Assembly: GCA_951406725.2 (NCBI GenBank)
Contig: OX597815.1
Span: 21,762,001-21,826,000 of the forward strand
Reading direction: 5' to 3'
DNA length: 64,000 nucleotides
Source of the DNA: Octopus vulgaris
Lineage: Eukaryota
Part shown: positions 1 through 13,986 of the stretch, one piece after another
How the letters are laid out: each line of letters begins with the position of its first letter
Numbering within the stretch: position 1 is the first letter of the stretch
Made by a program: the position numbers and the translations under genes
Notes under the pieces: model-generated
What the model was told of the DNA's origin: nothing
The model's database searches: none
Seen by the model: only the letters and a program-made list of their open reading frames with translations

Positions 1-1390
1 TTTCCTTGATAGTACTGGTGTTGCAGTACAGCTGTTGGGGTTGGGTGTCGGTGAACCGTTGCTTCAAAGTAACTCCCTCATTTGCCAGCTTTTTGTGCTG
101 ATGTGCTTTTGTTTCTTTATCTTTTCATTGCATTGGTAACTTTCTGCCATTTAGGCACCTCACCGTCACTTTCGCCACACGATCAGTTTGAGTGGTCCCA
201 AGCAGGGAGAGGCATAACTCGGGAGTATCGTCTTATTGTTTTGTTGTTGTTTGGGGCTTTCAATTGCTGTCGTTCGTAGTCATGTCGTGGCTCTTGAAGG
301 CGGTGTTTCTTTTGTTTTTGTTGCTGTTGTTTCCACTCTTGGTGTTGCTGCCACTTTTGCTGTTGTTGGTGCTGCTTCCAGTCGTATAGCTGGTACTGCA
401 AGTACTGTTGCTGTGGTTGCATGAAGTTGTAGTGGCTGTGGTTGTTTGTGTTGTGGTTGCTTCTGTTGTTGTTGGTGTTTAAATTGTGGTGTTAGCAGTA
501 ATAGAGGCCTTCTTTCAGCTGTCTATTTCTGTTGTTGTTAGGTGAAAAAAGCCTTGAAGTGATAAGTATTTCTTCAGCTGTAACATCGAGGTCTCCAGCC
601 CTTTCATACCATACCTCATACAGATGCTGCCCTCCTGGGATCTCTACTAACTCGGGGATTTTGTCTAGTATTTCTAGTTTCACCGAATCAAAATTTCCAG
701 TCGCATTCCAACTTTCTTTTCGGAATGTATTTCTAGAAGCGTGATAATATATTCCAAAACTACACACTTCACCATTCATCGGGAATCTAGTCCTGGTTGT
801 ATATTCGAGATATTTACTAGAATCGCTCTTCGTTCCAAGTAAATCTGTATCCTTGTGAAATTTTTAGTTCTCTGTGGGACGGTAGAGAGCTTCTTAGTTA
901 GGCTTTCTGAGCGGCAAGTAATTCAGATATATCCGAATGTTTGTGGTATGTCCTACAGAACTGATTTCTTCTCATATATTCCTTAAACAGAATTCAGCTT
1001 CGTCTAAAGGTTATACACTCTATTTTGTGTCTTTCCATCGATAAGCGTCTATACTGAATTGTTTTTCTTTTCTTTTGTTTTAAAATGTGTTGCAATATAG
1101 TGAATGTAGCTTTTCTTTGTTCTAGTCTGTTGACGTATTTCTCTGCCTCTTCTAAATGTTCATGCTTATTGTCTGGTGATAAGAGATTGAAAACGTTTGT
1201 GATCCTGACAAAACAAATACTTTTTGCCGTGTTTTCACTCTTACTACGGCCAGTTTTAATTACAACCATGTCTGTATTATGGTAAGGTAGAAAATGACTG
1301 CGAAAGACTGCTTCACCTTCAAAACCTCCTCTCACCAACACCGTGCTCGTTTATTTACTGGGCGATAAGACAACGCCATTTTGAATTGTT
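1..1390 (-). mobile_element. Degenerate L1/Tx1-type LINE 5' region (ORF1 remnant)
   Basis: Broken minus-strand ORFs (994-1341, 492-779). A shifted frame at ~544-600 reads GWRPR-C-YS-*-RNTY-H-FKAF-F, a decayed CX2CX4HX4C knuckle after 'IPELVEIPGG', as in Tx1/L1 ORF1. YY1-like AAAATGGCG on the minus strand at ~1375-1383. Confidence 0.55.
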
Positions 1391-1488
1391 TTTCAATAAG
1401 CAGAAAAATTTTCATTCTTTAAAATTCTGCTCCGTAAGGTGAGAAACAAACATTTGATCGGTCCCTTATGGTTCCACAGGCAATAAAT

Positions 1489-1527
1489 AACAACAACAAC
1501 AACAACAACAACAACCACAACAAACAA

Positions 1528-1622
<95 letters not shown>

Positions 1623-1625
1623 GTA

Positions 1626-1683
<58 letters not shown>

Positions 1684-1684
1684 C

Positions 1685-1737
<53 letters not shown>

Positions 1738-1780
1738 GAACAACAACAACAACGACAACAACAACATCAACAACAAAAAC
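1489..1780. repeat. Compound (AAC)n/(ATT)n/(AAT)n microsatellite
   Basis: Direct reading. Confidence 0.95.
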
Positions 1781-2189
1781 AATTTCTTTATTGGACTTGA
1801 AACTAAAATTAGAGGGTCATGGTTGGAACATTTTGATCTTAGCCCTGCTTGATCAGAGCTGACCTGGGGTTAAACAATATTAATAAAAAAATATCCCTCT
1901 ACGTTCATCACTTCCACCACGCTACTTGGAGAACCACGACCACTTCCTCTTCCTACTTTCAGTATTTAACATGACCACCACTACAGCTTCTTTGTACTTA
2001 TCGCTTTCTGTAAACTCCGGTAGCATTGTGACAACAACAACAACAACTACCCCCCAAACTTTAACCAACTCCATCATGGCTTCTACAACGTCCATTACTT
2101 CCCATAACACCTCACAAACCGTTAGCCATTCAGTCAACCATCTGACCGATGCTTAAGTAATATTTCGACTGTTGCCAGCACCAGCATCA

Positions 2190-2390
2190 CCACAGCCGCC
2201 GCCGCCGCCGATACCACCACCACCACCACCACCACCACCACCACCACCACCACCGCCGCCGCTGACACAGCTTTTGGGTCTTCCTGTATGAGTGTTATAG
2301 CCCTTTCTCCTCCCATACGTCATACACTTGACTGTTCTTTTTCAAAGTTGGTGGTAGTAGTAGCTGTAATAGTGATGTTGATAGCTAGTG

Positions 2391-2435
<45 letters not shown>

Positions 2436-2664
2436 ATAATGCGATAGAATTAGTAATAGCAACAGCAGTAGTGGTAGTGGTAGCAATAGTACTAGTGGTG
2501 GTGGTGATAGTGGTGGTAGTAATAGTAGTTATAGTAGTAGTAGTAGTAGTAGTAATATTGGTATTAGTGATGAGTGTTATGGTGGTTGTAGTAGAGGGTA
2601 TGGGGAGGGATAATAACAGAGAAGGCAGTAGTAGTAGCGGTGGTGGTGGTCGTCATCGTAGTAA

Positions 2665-2711
<47 letters not shown>

Positions 2712-3575
2712 ATGTTGTGGTGGAGATAACGAAGAGTGTGGTTGCAGACCTTAGACTTAGTTATAACGATGACGATGATGATGGTGGTGATGGTGGTGGG
2801 TGGTGATGGTGGTGGTGGTGGTGGTGGTGGTGGTGGGTCAGTGGTAGTTGTTACGGTGGTGGTTAGTGGTGGTAGTGGTCATCGTAATGGTATTGGGTAG
2901 ATGGTTAATGTTGGATAAAGGCTTTGTGGAGCAGACTTGTTAGTTTTGGAGTTTTATAATGTTAAATGGTTTGAATGTAATGGAGAGAGATGGAGTGTTT
3001 TAGTGGCGGTGGTGGTTTGGGGGGGTTTGTGGTTATAGTTGTAGTGGTGGTGGTGGTGGTGGTGGTGGTGGATAAGGAATGTGATGGTGGGGCAATTAAT
3101 AGAGATGGTGGTAGTGGTGGATAAGGCGGTTTGTGGGAGATGTGGCGTTGGTGGTGTTGGTGATGGTGGTAGTAGTGGTGATAGTGGCGGTGGTGGTTTG
3201 GGGGTTTGTGGTTATAGTTGTAGTGGTGGTGGTGGTGGTGGTGAATAAGGAATATGATGGTGGGGGGGCAATTAATAGAGATGGTGGTAGTGGTAGATAA
3301 GGCGGTTGGTGGTGTTGGTGTTGGTGGTGATGGTGGTAGTAGTGGTGATAGTGGCGGTGGTGACGGTGAAAGTGGTGGTAGTGGTTGTGGTAGTGACGGT
3401 GGATGTGGTGGTAGTGGTAGATAAGGCGGTTTGTGGGAGATGTGGCGTTGGTAGTGGTGGATATGGTAGTGGTGTTGGTGGTGATGGTGGTAGTGGTAGT
3501 AGTGGTGATAGTGGCGGTGGTGACGGTGAAAGTGGTAGTGGTGGTGGTGGTGGTAGTGACTGTGGATGTGGCGGT
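2190..3575. repeat. Low-complexity (ACC)/(GGT)/(AGT) region with internal tandem duplications
   Basis: Triplet runs plus recurring blocks such as GATAAGGCGGTTTGTGGGAGATGTGGCGTTGG and GCAATTAATAGAGATGGTGG. Confidence 0.9.
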
Positions 3576-3744
3576 GGAGGTCTGCGCCTGCAGGTCTGAT
3601 CTGATCGATCGCATTTTCCTGAATACTTTCCCACTAATTACACTTTTTTTAATTTCAACACTTATCAACATTCGCAACACACTCACACTCAAGTGCGCGC
3701 ACTCTCACCCATATGCTCCAACCACATAAACTCTCTCCCCTTCA

Positions 3745-3783
<39 letters not shown>

Positions 3784-3807
3784 ATATAATATACCTACTT
3801 ATATATA

Positions 3808-3921
<114 letters not shown>

Positions 3922-4037
3922 ACATATTTGCATAGTTATCATCAAAGCCGCTTAGTATAATCACATTGGAACGGAGTCTTTTAAATAATAACTGGCGAAT
4001 AATATTGTTTTCAACAATATACTGAGCGTGTTTGGGA

Positions 4038-4092
<55 letters not shown>

Positions 4093-4094
<2 letters not shown>

Positions 4095-4263
4095 GGAGTA
4101 AGCACATAAATGTGAAACAAGGTGGAAAAAAGAGTACTCAAATACCAGAGGTAGAGTAATATGCTGTATTTAAAAGCAGCAGAAATATAACAAAAGCTGT
4201 TACTCGGAGTTTCACGTTCCCGTTCGTCGGACAGTTTTGTTAAAAGAAATTCTTTTAAATAAA

Positions 4264-4264
<1 letters not shown>
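4093..4264 (-). mobile_element. (TA)n-embedded short PLE-like element carrying a hammerhead
   Basis: Unique ~170 bp between two (TA)n tracts; contains the HHR at 4188-4242. Confidence 0.6.
4188..4242 (-). ncRNA. Type I hammerhead ribozyme motif (variant core CCGACGA)
   Basis: Minus strand: TAACAAAACTGT-CCGACGA-ACG(GGAA)CGT-GAAA-CTCCGA-GTA-ACAGCTTTTGTTA; stems I, II, III and a GUA cleavage triplet are present. Confidence 0.7.
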
Positions 4265-4362
<98 letters not shown>

Positions 4363-4431
4363 TATGTATATATATATAAGTATGCATGTATATATGTATG
4401 TATATATATATATGTGTGTGTGTGTATGTGT

Positions 4432-4499
<68 letters not shown>

Positions 4500-5272
4500 G
4501 GAAGTCAGAGAGTGTATCGATCATACATTTCCATTGTAAGTACATTTTATACAATTGCGTTGTGATACATACTTTGAAATATTAGCATGCTTGCGTACAC
4601 AAGCGGCGCACACAATAGCTTACGTTCGCGCGCACATTTACAAATACGTATGTCTGCGGTATGAACTTATATTCACGCTATAACTGTTCACGCACATACA
4701 CAACACACACAATAGTACACATTAGCTTATGCTGATAGTCACATACAATAAACATTATACTTATACAAATAATCACAAGCAAATATATACATACGCAAAA
4801 TCGAATATGTAGACTCAGTTATGCATATACAATTCGTCAGCAAGCATTGTATTTGTGTGTGCGTGCGTGTGTGTGTTTGTGTGTGTGTGTGTGTGTGTAT
4901 GCATATATATACATACACACAGCTATGGTTCGTATGAAAAGGAGTCATGGTCGTGAGAGACGGCAAGTCAGAACGTACTGAGTGCTCAGTATATAGTTTT
5001 TTTTTTGTGCTTGCATCGCATCGATACTTGTTTGAACAATAGACATTTATTCACATGTATTTTTTCGAGCAATTCTACGTAAACTATATGAAAAAAAAAA
5101 AAAATTACATACATACATACATACATACATACACACACTGACACTCGCACAAATATGCATAAATGTATTTATATCTATGCATTACATCTATCTCCCCCTC
5201 TCTCCCCCTCTCTCTATATATATGCATAAACGTATGTCTGTGTATGGTAATGTCTGTGTATGGTAATGTCTG

Positions 5273-5347
<75 letters not shown>

Positions 5348-5352
5348 GTCTA

Positions 5353-5447
<95 letters not shown>

Positions 5448-6347
5448 GTCTGTCTGTCTATCTAGACATATATGTATATTTGATGATGATGGCTCTTCGG
5501 GTCGCAACGGTCTTACGAGTTTACTTGCATTGCAGAGCTTTTGTCTTCAAAGTGCATACTAATTTTGTTTATTGTTGATAAAGCATGCGCAGAGCAAATT
5601 CATCTCTCACTTGTCAGGATGCAAAAACCTAAAATGATCCAAATATAACTTCCAACTGATGCATGATGAGTGTATGGTAATGATTCTTGCCAAAGTATGA
5701 CAACCCTTGCACAAGAGTTCAGCAAACTGACCTAGAAATCTTGAATGAACATACATACATACATACATTCATATAAACCTTCAGCTTGTATATCCAGATT
5801 ACAAATTTACATTTATACCAATAATTATTGTTGCACTTGATTTCGTGAGTAAATGCTTAACTGATAGCCTGTATGAGCTTGGATTTTCAGATAAAGAAAT
5901 CAACCAACTCGCACAAAACGAATACAATCTGTATGCGGGGCGCTAAAAATATTCAAGCCTTTTCTCAAATTTGAAGTGTGACATTGTTTTTGTTACCTAC
6001 ATTCCAACGATGGAGCTTTGTATCTTTGTTAGAAACCAGCTCCTTCCTCAGAGGAAATTCATCCGCCCTTTGATGAGTGATTTTTTTTTATCCTGCAATA
6101 TCCAATGAAAACAGGCTTGTTAGGATTAGCAGTTTAGTCGCCAACGGTCTAACCATGCGACAAATTGTATTGGGTTTGATGCTGCCAGTAGCACTACGCT
6201 GACATATTATGCGTATATACTTATACAAACGTACATACAATAGTACTCTTGTATACTAAAGTAGCCGCACTACATGAATGTGAGTTTATCCTATCACAAA
6301 TGCTCTCTCTCTCTCTCACACACACACACACTCCTTAACATTCTATG

Positions 6348-6678
6348 AAGGCGCATAGTTCAGTGGGTAGAGTGTCGGGCTCACAATCATGAGGTAGTGA
6401 GTTCGATTCCCGGACCGGTCTGTGTGTTGTGTTCTTGAGCAAGATACTTTATTTCACGTTGCTCCAGTTCATTCAGCTGTAAAAATGAGTTGCGATGTCA
6501 CAGGTGACAAGCTGTATCAGTCTTTGCCTTTTCCTTGGATAACATCGGTGGTGTGGAGAAGGGAAACTGTTATGCATGGGCGACTGCTGATCTTCCATAA
6601 GCAATCTAGCAGGGGAACTTTTTTAGGCGCAATCCCATAGCCATTCATGACCGAAGTGGGTCTTTACCCTTTTTTAAC
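6348..6678 (+). mobile_element. tRNA-derived SINE, family C (Meta-domain-like body)
   Basis: A/B-box head (GGCGCATAGTTCAGTGGGTAGAG...GAGTTCGATTCC), GTTGTGTTCTTGAGCAAGATACTTT body, TSD CCTTAACATTCTA; relatives at ~7918-8075, 9655-9870, 42075-42387, 60301-60535. Confidence 0.8.
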
Positions 6679-6796
6679 CCTTAACATTCTACAAACTGGT
6701 GCTATTCACTTGTAACCAAGAAAATTTACGCTAAAACTTCAATTCCAGTAAAGAGAAACCGCAAATTGCCTTTAATTAGGATATGACAATCTAGTG

Positions 6797-6956
6797 CAGT
6801 CATCGGTAACCTGTGGCCTGCGGGACTTTCTGGATTGCACGCCTAATGCAAAATTACCTTTAATTGTTTTAGTTGTGATGCCCGCCTAATGATGAGCCAT
6901 GTCCCATCAACCCGCTTCTCGAAAAAAAAAAAAAAAAAGAAGTTTGCCCATGTTTG
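6797..6956. mobile_element. hAT-type MITE
   Basis: Degenerate TIRs CAGTCATCGGTAACCT...AAGTTTGCCCATGTTTG; 8-bp TSD ATCTAGTG/ATCTAGTC. Confidence 0.65.
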
Positions 6957-8700
6957 ATCTAGTCTCAACAGTAACAGCAACTCAAACACTGCTCGTACGA
7001 AGGAAATACTCTAGTGCCTTATCTAATCTAGACTTCAATAGTATACGATCAAAACGCATTATGTTGCTGCAGGATTATTTCTGGTTATCCACATTACGTA
7101 ATATAAACAAATCTGTACCACTAATAGTAGTTTTCCTGGTCTCTATTCATAGAACCAAAATATTTCAACTCTGATGAATACCTGACTTTTAACAAAGCTC
7201 AAACAAGATCCACAATAGTTTGTTGCTCTGAAATTTGGGACTACTTGCTATACCATATCTAGATTAAACTTTAGTAAAGTCTGTGCAAAATAAGTCCCCA
7301 AACAACTCGTAGAATTACACAAACAAAATCGTTTTAAAATCTGTCAACGACTTTTGGATTACTATGATACCTTAGAAAAGAATCGTTACTGGTACCGATA
7401 GTGAATGTATGTGGGTGTTCAATGCATATAATTACATACATTTTTCTGCGGTGTTTCTATCTCTCCGGCATTTAAACACTCGCACATCATACTCACACAC
7501 AACACACCACACACCACACACACACATCGAGGATTATCACTTCTTTTCCTCTTGTTTTTTTTATTATACTCCCATCATCTTTTTTCTTCCGCTTTGTTTG
7601 TTGTCACTGTCGTCTCCGCCTTCGCATTCTCAATTTTCCATCAAATTACACCCTATCATCTGAAAATAAAGACGGATACTCGAACAATGTAAAACTAGAA
7701 ACACCGTTTTAAATGTGCAAATCATGTGTCTAGAAACACTATGTTTGAAAGACGAGATGGTCATGTTAACCCAGGGCAAGCCGAAGACTAAATGGCATCA
7801 ATAAATTCTACTGATATCCTCGTACTTGTTCTCACTTTTAATTTCTTTTCAGTTTTCTCGGCTTTTCTCCAGGTCTTTTCTCTCACTTTCTATCCCCTCT
7901 TCCTTTTCCCATGATGAAGGCAGGTAGCCTAGTGGTTAGGGTATTGCAATCAATGAGTAACCCTGCGACAGGTTGATGTCCCGCTCAGGGTCAGTGTTGT
8001 GATCTCGGTCACTTATGCACTATGGAAACTGGGTAACGGACCCATAAGTCCCAGGACTTAAGTCAGTATTTCGCTTTTCCCCACACTAAAAATGTTTATT
8101 CATTCTCCTACTATATTTCAATAGATCTTTGTAAAAGGGTTGTACGTATAGCTTTTGTTTGCTCTCCGAGATTGGTTATGTTTCAAAATAGATTTTCCTC
8201 TTGAATATCTCCAAATTCACGATCGTAGGAAAAGCACAGGCAGAAATTCCAGCGGAATCACGTTTTAGAATGATTTGACATAATCGCTACTGCAGAGCCT
8301 TGGGCGACAGAAACAATAAGGCTGACGAGAGGATCCCAACGTAGACCGAGAGATTACTTAAGTATGTTCGCTACTACATGATTGCATTAAGGACTTCTCC
8401 GCTCCCAAATGCGTAGGTAAGGCTGTGTGAGTAAGAAGCTTGTTTTGCAGTCTTGAGCAAGTATATTCTACTCTAGCTTCGGGGACTAACCAATACCTTA
8501 TGAGTGAATCTGGTGACAGAAGCAGTGTAGAAGCTTTTTTTTTCTCTCTCTAGTTTCAGCTCAGAATTGCGGTCATGCTGATGCACCGCCGTTGAAAAAT
8601 AGGTTGCTCTAAAGTAGAGAGCAATGCCCATATGTGTTAGAAAGATCGATTGATCTCCTCCGTCTTTGTCAAGGTGAGTGCTAACCGTCTCTCCTTTTTT

Positions 8701-8738
<38 letters not shown>

Positions 8739-8923
8739 GCACATGTTTATCTATACTATGTACGTATATTTATGTATATATACACGTGTGTACCTGCGTA
8801 TACGAGTTCCTATACATACATATGTATATATTCGTCCATACGAGTGCATATGCGTGTGTATCTAGTTGTATTTAAATACCCTTATACTTGGATGTGCGTG
8901 TGTGAGCGTGTATGTATATGTGC

Positions 8924-8981
<58 letters not shown>

Positions 8982-9000
8982 TTGTGTGTGTGTATATATA

Positions 9001-9180
9001 GGGAGAATTTACGAAAAAAACCAAAGGCGAAGACAGGTGGTGTACAAAACAAACAGATGTATTAGTATAACGCTCAGGAATAGAAAAAGTCTTTTACGTT
9101 TCGAGCCTACGCTCTTCTACAGAAAGGGACACAGAAAAAAAAAAAACAAGGAGAGAAAAAATATGTGTAGTGGCTAACGA
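9001..9180 (-). mobile_element. (TA)n-associated short PLE-like element with minimal HHR-like motif (9091-9126)
   Basis: Minus: CTTT-CTGTAGA-A-GAGC(GTAG)GCTC-GAAA-CG-TA-AAAG; homologous copies at 16269-16394 and 58574-58658/59765-59870. Confidence 0.65.
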
Positions 9181-9181
9181 T

Positions 9182-9655
9182 TTACGTACCGCTATATGTC
9201 CATCAAATTCGAGAATGAGTAAAATTATTGAAACGTAAAAAATTCAAATATGAACGTGGAAAGTATACATATTAGTTTAGAGAAAATGACGTAGTCTAAG
9301 TATTATCTTCCTTTCAACTTCTACTTCCTTTTCTTTTTCTTAACAGTTACAACAGCGAAAGCTCATGAAGTCATTTTCTCTAAACTAGAATGTATATTTT
9401 CCACGTTCATATTTGAATTTTTTACGTTTCAATAATTTGTCTCTGCTTTTAATCATTCTCGAATTTGATGGACATATAGCGGTACGTAAGCTGACTCAAG
9501 AAATCTCTAGTGAGACATTTTATTGATGTACCTGAAGAGACCCAGAGCGGGTTGAAACATGTGTTGTACCCAATGAAGTCTATTACACATTCCAGCCCCT
9601 ATTTTATTAGTACTGTTACCCCAACTGCCAGTACGAAGTTCCTGCAATAAAACTA
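9182..9655 (+). mobile_element. PLE-like pLTR fragment with inverted 5' duplication and HHR
   Basis: Inverted arms 9182-9290 and 9370-9489; HHR at 9522-9574; AATAAA at ~9646. Confidence 0.65.
9522..9574 (+). ncRNA. Type I hammerhead ribozyme motif
   Basis: ATTGATGTAC-CTGAAGA-GACCC(AGAGC)GGGTT-GAAA-CATGT-GTT-GTACCCAAT; canonical CUGANGA/GAAA core, GUU triplet. Confidence 0.7.
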
Positions 9656-9872
9656 CACTGGTGCCAAGCTGTATCGGCCTTTGCATTTCCTATGGATAAC
9701 ATCGGTGGCGTGGAGAGGGAGGCTGGTATGCATGGGCAACTGTTGGCTTTCCATAAAAACAACCCTAGGTCGTGCGTTCGCCGATGAGGCGACTTTCCAC
9801 CCAGACTTGTGCCCCGGAGGGGAACCTCTTAGGTGCACCCATGGTCATGCGTGACCGACGGAGTCGAGTTTA

Positions 9873-9914
<42 letters not shown>

Positions 9915-10040
9915 CACCGTGACCGACCAGGCTATCAGATGTTGATACACATCGCTGGTCACAATATGCTTCGCATTGTTTTAGCCCTCAAATGATGCCA
10001 CCGCGCTGGCTAAGCGAGCAGACCAATATATATATATATA

Positions 10041-10340
10041 TTCCTGCTTCCGGCATCTGTGGCGATGACAGGCATTGCTCTCCCAGTCAGTCTTCGGCAT
10101 ATCACAGACCTTTAATGAGGACTTGACACAGTCCAGAAGCAGCTTATGGAGTGCGTCGACACTTTTGAGAGAGCACGTATTCTCGTGGTGTAGTGAATGG
10201 AGAAAGCTTGGTTTGCAATATTTGCAGTCGTGTTTGCTTGTCAAGAGCAGGGCTCATTAGCCACCAACGGAGCCGCAAATTTTAAAATATTAGTTATTCC
10301 TGAAGGTCAGCAATGGCCTTTTTTCGATCACGAGTGGACG

Positions 10341-10347
<7 letters not shown>
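10041..10347 (+). mobile_element. RTE-clade LINE 3' fragment
   Basis: Frame VCNICSRVCLSRAGLISHQRSRKF* matches the RTE C-terminal CxxCxRxCxSRxGLxSH motif; short 3' UTR ending GGACGGCCATCAT. Confidence 0.8.
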
Positions 10348-10370
<23 letters not shown>

Positions 10371-10371
<1 letters not shown>

Positions 10372-10508
10372 GGTAAACAGTAAAAATAATTACAGACATG
10401 GACAAGAACATGAAACACCACAGAGACGACACAAGAACCACAGGACGGGACATTCGAAGCCCTCAGTCATCAGTCAAGAACCAGATCATCTTAGCAATTT
10501 CGGCTGAT

Positions 10509-10510
<2 letters not shown>
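10371..10510 (-). mobile_element. (TA)n-embedded short element, probably a 5'-truncated PLE-like end
   Basis: Unique ~140 bp between (TA)n tracts; minus strand begins ATCAGCCGAAATTGCTA, possibly the 3' half of an HHR. Confidence 0.4.
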
Positions 10511-10590
<80 letters not shown>

Positions 10591-10595
10591 CTATA

Positions 10596-10882
10596 TCACC
10601 GTGATTACCGTGACCGACCAAGCTATCAGATGTTGCTACACATCGCTGGTCACAATGCGCTTTGCATTATTTTAGCCTTCAAGTGACGCCACCCCGCTGG
10701 CTAAGCGAGCAGGCCAACAGAAGAAAGAGTGAGAGAAAGTTGTGGCGAAAGAGTACAGCAGGGATCGCACCCCCCCTACCGGAGCCTTGTGGAGCTTAAG
10801 GTGTTTTCGCTCAGTAAACACTCACAACGCCCGGTCTGGAAATCGAAACCGCGATCCTACAACCACTGGGCCATTGCGCCTC
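10596..10882 (-). mobile_element. tRNA-derived SINE, family B
   Basis: Reverse complement of the GAGGCGCAATGGCCCAGTGGTT head; its 3' part recurs at 9913-10026. Confidence 0.8.
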
Positions 10883-10890
10883 TACGTATT

Positions 10891-11285
<395 letters not shown>

Positions 11286-11299
11286 CACATGCATATATA

Positions 11300-11482
11300 T
11301 ATTCTTTTATTCTTTTACTTATTTCAGTCATTGGACTGCGGCCATGCTGTAGCACCACTTTAAAGGGTTTTAGCCGAACAAATCGACCTCAAGACTTTTT
11401 CTTTGTAAGCCTAGTACTTATTCTATCGATCTCCTTTGCCGAATCACTGAGTTACGAGGATGTAAGCATACCAACATTGGTT
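11300..11482 (-). mobile_element. SINE family D 3' part
   Basis: Reverse complement of the 3' part of the 30780-31156 copy; also at 13075-13182. Confidence 0.75.
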
Positions 11483-11570
11483 GCTCGAAAAATAAGAAGT
11501 GTTACCTTAGTTAACTGGTAGTGAACAGCTGACACCATAGTACAGCTCCAGCGTTAGAAGCTATGCAAAG

Positions 11571-11643
<73 letters not shown>

Positions 11644-11674
11644 TAATAATATCAACAACAATAATAATAATAAT

Positions 11675-11890
11675 CCTTTTTACTAAAGGCACAAAGCCCG
11701 AAATTTTAGGAGAAAGGGACTAATCGATGACATCGATCCCAGTGTTTCACTGGTACTTAATTTATCGACCCCGAAGGCATGAAAGTCAAAGTCCAACTCG
11801 GCGGAATTTGAACTCAGAAAGTAAGGACGGGCGAAATGCCGCTTAGCATATTTCCCGGCATACTAACGATTCTGCCAGCTCACTGCTTTA
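11675..11890 (-). mobile_element. Nin/Deu-domain tRNA-SINE, family A (older tail)
   Basis: Reverse complement of a GAGTTCAAATTCCGCCGAG...GACTTTCATGCCTTCGGGGTCGATAAATTAAGTACCAG core; similar copies at 12190-12355, 29108-29547, 53628-53755, 60716-60937. Confidence 0.8.
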
Positions 11891-11898
11891 ACAACAGC

Positions 11899-11933
<35 letters not shown>

Positions 11934-11941
11934 AAACAACA

Positions 11942-12187
11942 ACTTGGTGTGTTGGAAACAGTAAGCCAAGATGTAGACAAATGGCTGAAGGAGATTAAAA
12001 TAGAAATGAAATTGAAGACCTCCTACAGAAAGATTGTCTCTTAGGGGCAGCAGGGATTATCAGGGGGGTTCTAAGCACTTGAAAGACTGCCGTAAACTTG
12101 TGGATACCTAAGGTTACAGGTAGTAACCCGCCAACCACATAAATCTTAACAGGAATAAGAACAAACCTGAGCCAAACCGGAAATAAT
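11942..12187 (+). mobile_element. R4/Dong-type (RLE) LINE 3' end
   Basis: LGVLETVSQDVDKWLKEI...LLQKDCLLGAAGIIRGVLST* C-terminus; follows an (AAC)n tract. Confidence 0.7.
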
Positions 12188-12427
12188 CATCCTTTCTACT
12201 ATAGGCACAAGGCATGAAATTTTAGGGCAGGGGGGGGGCAGTCGATTACATTAAACCCAGTGTTCAATGGGTACTTAATATATCGTCCCCACGAAAGGAT
12301 GAAAGGCAAAGTCGACCTCGGTGGAATTTCAGCCCAGAAATGCCGCTAAGCATTTATTAAACTTGAACGGAATCGTTCAATAGAAGTTTTAGAGAAAAAC
12401 AGTTTAACACACAATACAATTTGTACG

Positions 12428-12469
<42 letters not shown>

Positions 12470-13025
12470 CGCATACACACTCACACACACACACACACAC
12501 ACATCCATTTGAATTTCTCATCAATCCCTTTTTTAGCTTTCTGTGCCCTGTCTAAAATATTCTCACAATATTTCCTGTTTCCCTTTTATCATTCTTACTG
12601 TTTTCTCTTGTTAGTCATTCAATCAATTCGGCTTTCCTCTCTATTTAGCACCTTCCGCCCACATACACACATATACACATATACACATATACACATACAT
12701 TTATGTCTCTTTCATTCTCTCTCTTTATATATATATTACACACACACACCACACACACACATATATATATATATAATGCACTCACACACAAACACAGACA
12801 CACACATATATATATAGAGATAGAGAGTCTGATAAATTCCTTTGCCAGAAGCGTGTTTTTTCCGTCAGCCAGTTCAATTTGAGTAATATCCAAATACAGT
12901 AAAACACGAGAGTTTGTGTAACGGAATACAATTAGCTGGAACTGTAATATTATGCATTTGCTCAAGTGATGTATTGAGTTCTCTGTTCAGTTCTTCGTTG
13001 TGTGTGTGTGTTGTTGTTGTGTGTG

Positions 13026-13066
<41 letters not shown>

Positions 13067-13721
13067 GTGTGTGTGTATTCTTTTATTCTTTTGGCTGGAG
13101 CACCGCCTTTAGTCGAACAAATCGACCCCAGGACTTCAGCCTAGTACTTATTCTATCGGCCGCTTTGCCGAACCGCTAAGTTCGAATTTCTCCATACATT
13201 TTAGAAACGAGTAAGAATTATATATTGTTGATGTCATAAAAAATATATAAATTCGTAGGATTGCTTTCGTCCAATGGCTGAACGTCTGTCATGTTTACAG
13301 AAGATGCGGGTTCGAGTCCCACATGTAACCTTTGACTTCTATCCAAAAGAATTTTGAACCCAATATTTACACGCTATTATTGGAGGCTTTATATACTTCG
13401 AGTCTCACTGTTTCATATATATATATATATCTGTGTGTGCTTATGTTTGTGTGTTTACATACATAAATATATATGTATATTTATGTATAAATGTATATAT
13501 ATAACAATAATAAATCTCTAAGCGAGGTATAAACAGTAACTGCTCTGTAATATAAGCGGGACCAGCCATCTGAATGTGGCTAGGGACAGGGCGGGGTGGT
13601 GGGGGTGTTACTGATGCATTTAGCCCCAGGCGACTATAGACGTCACCAGGAGAGCCGACACCATCACGGTGTCCTTGCTAGCCTGCAAAGGGAGATCAGC
13701 CTCCCCGAAGATACGGATGCT

Positions 13722-13765
13722 ACACACGGACCGGTTTCGAGGTGGTCGCCTCTCGTCAGCGCATG
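13722..13765 (-). ncRNA. Type I minimal hammerhead ribozyme (intact core)
   Basis: Minus: CATGCG-CTGACGA-GAGG(CGACCA)CCTC-GAAA-CCG-GTC-CGTGTG; palindromic ACCGGU helix III, GUC site. Confidence 0.85.
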
Positions 13766-13942
13766 GCAAGCACCGTTCTTCGTTGAGGGACTTCCTCTAC
13801 AGGCTAGAAATATATAGATTTTCACTGTAAACACAGCCACTGGCGTCGAAACAGATTTTCGACGCCAGTGGCTGTGTTTACAGTGAAAATCTATATATTT
13901 CTAGCCTGTAGAGGAAGTCCCTCAACGAAGAACGGTGCTTGC

Positions 13943-13986
13943 CATGCGCTGACGAGAGGCGACCACCTCGATACCGGTCCGTGTGT
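13943..13986 (+). ncRNA. Hammerhead ribozyme copy with core mutation GAAA>GATA
   Basis: CATGCG-CTGACGA-GAGG(CGACCA)CCTC-GATA-CCG-GTC-CGTGTG. Confidence 0.8.

Noticed and set aside
5480-6130. Possible Helitron-derived and mariner remnants (similarly weak MITE hints at 16120-16700, 21972-22445, 37233)
   Set aside because: Termini too decayed to support a call
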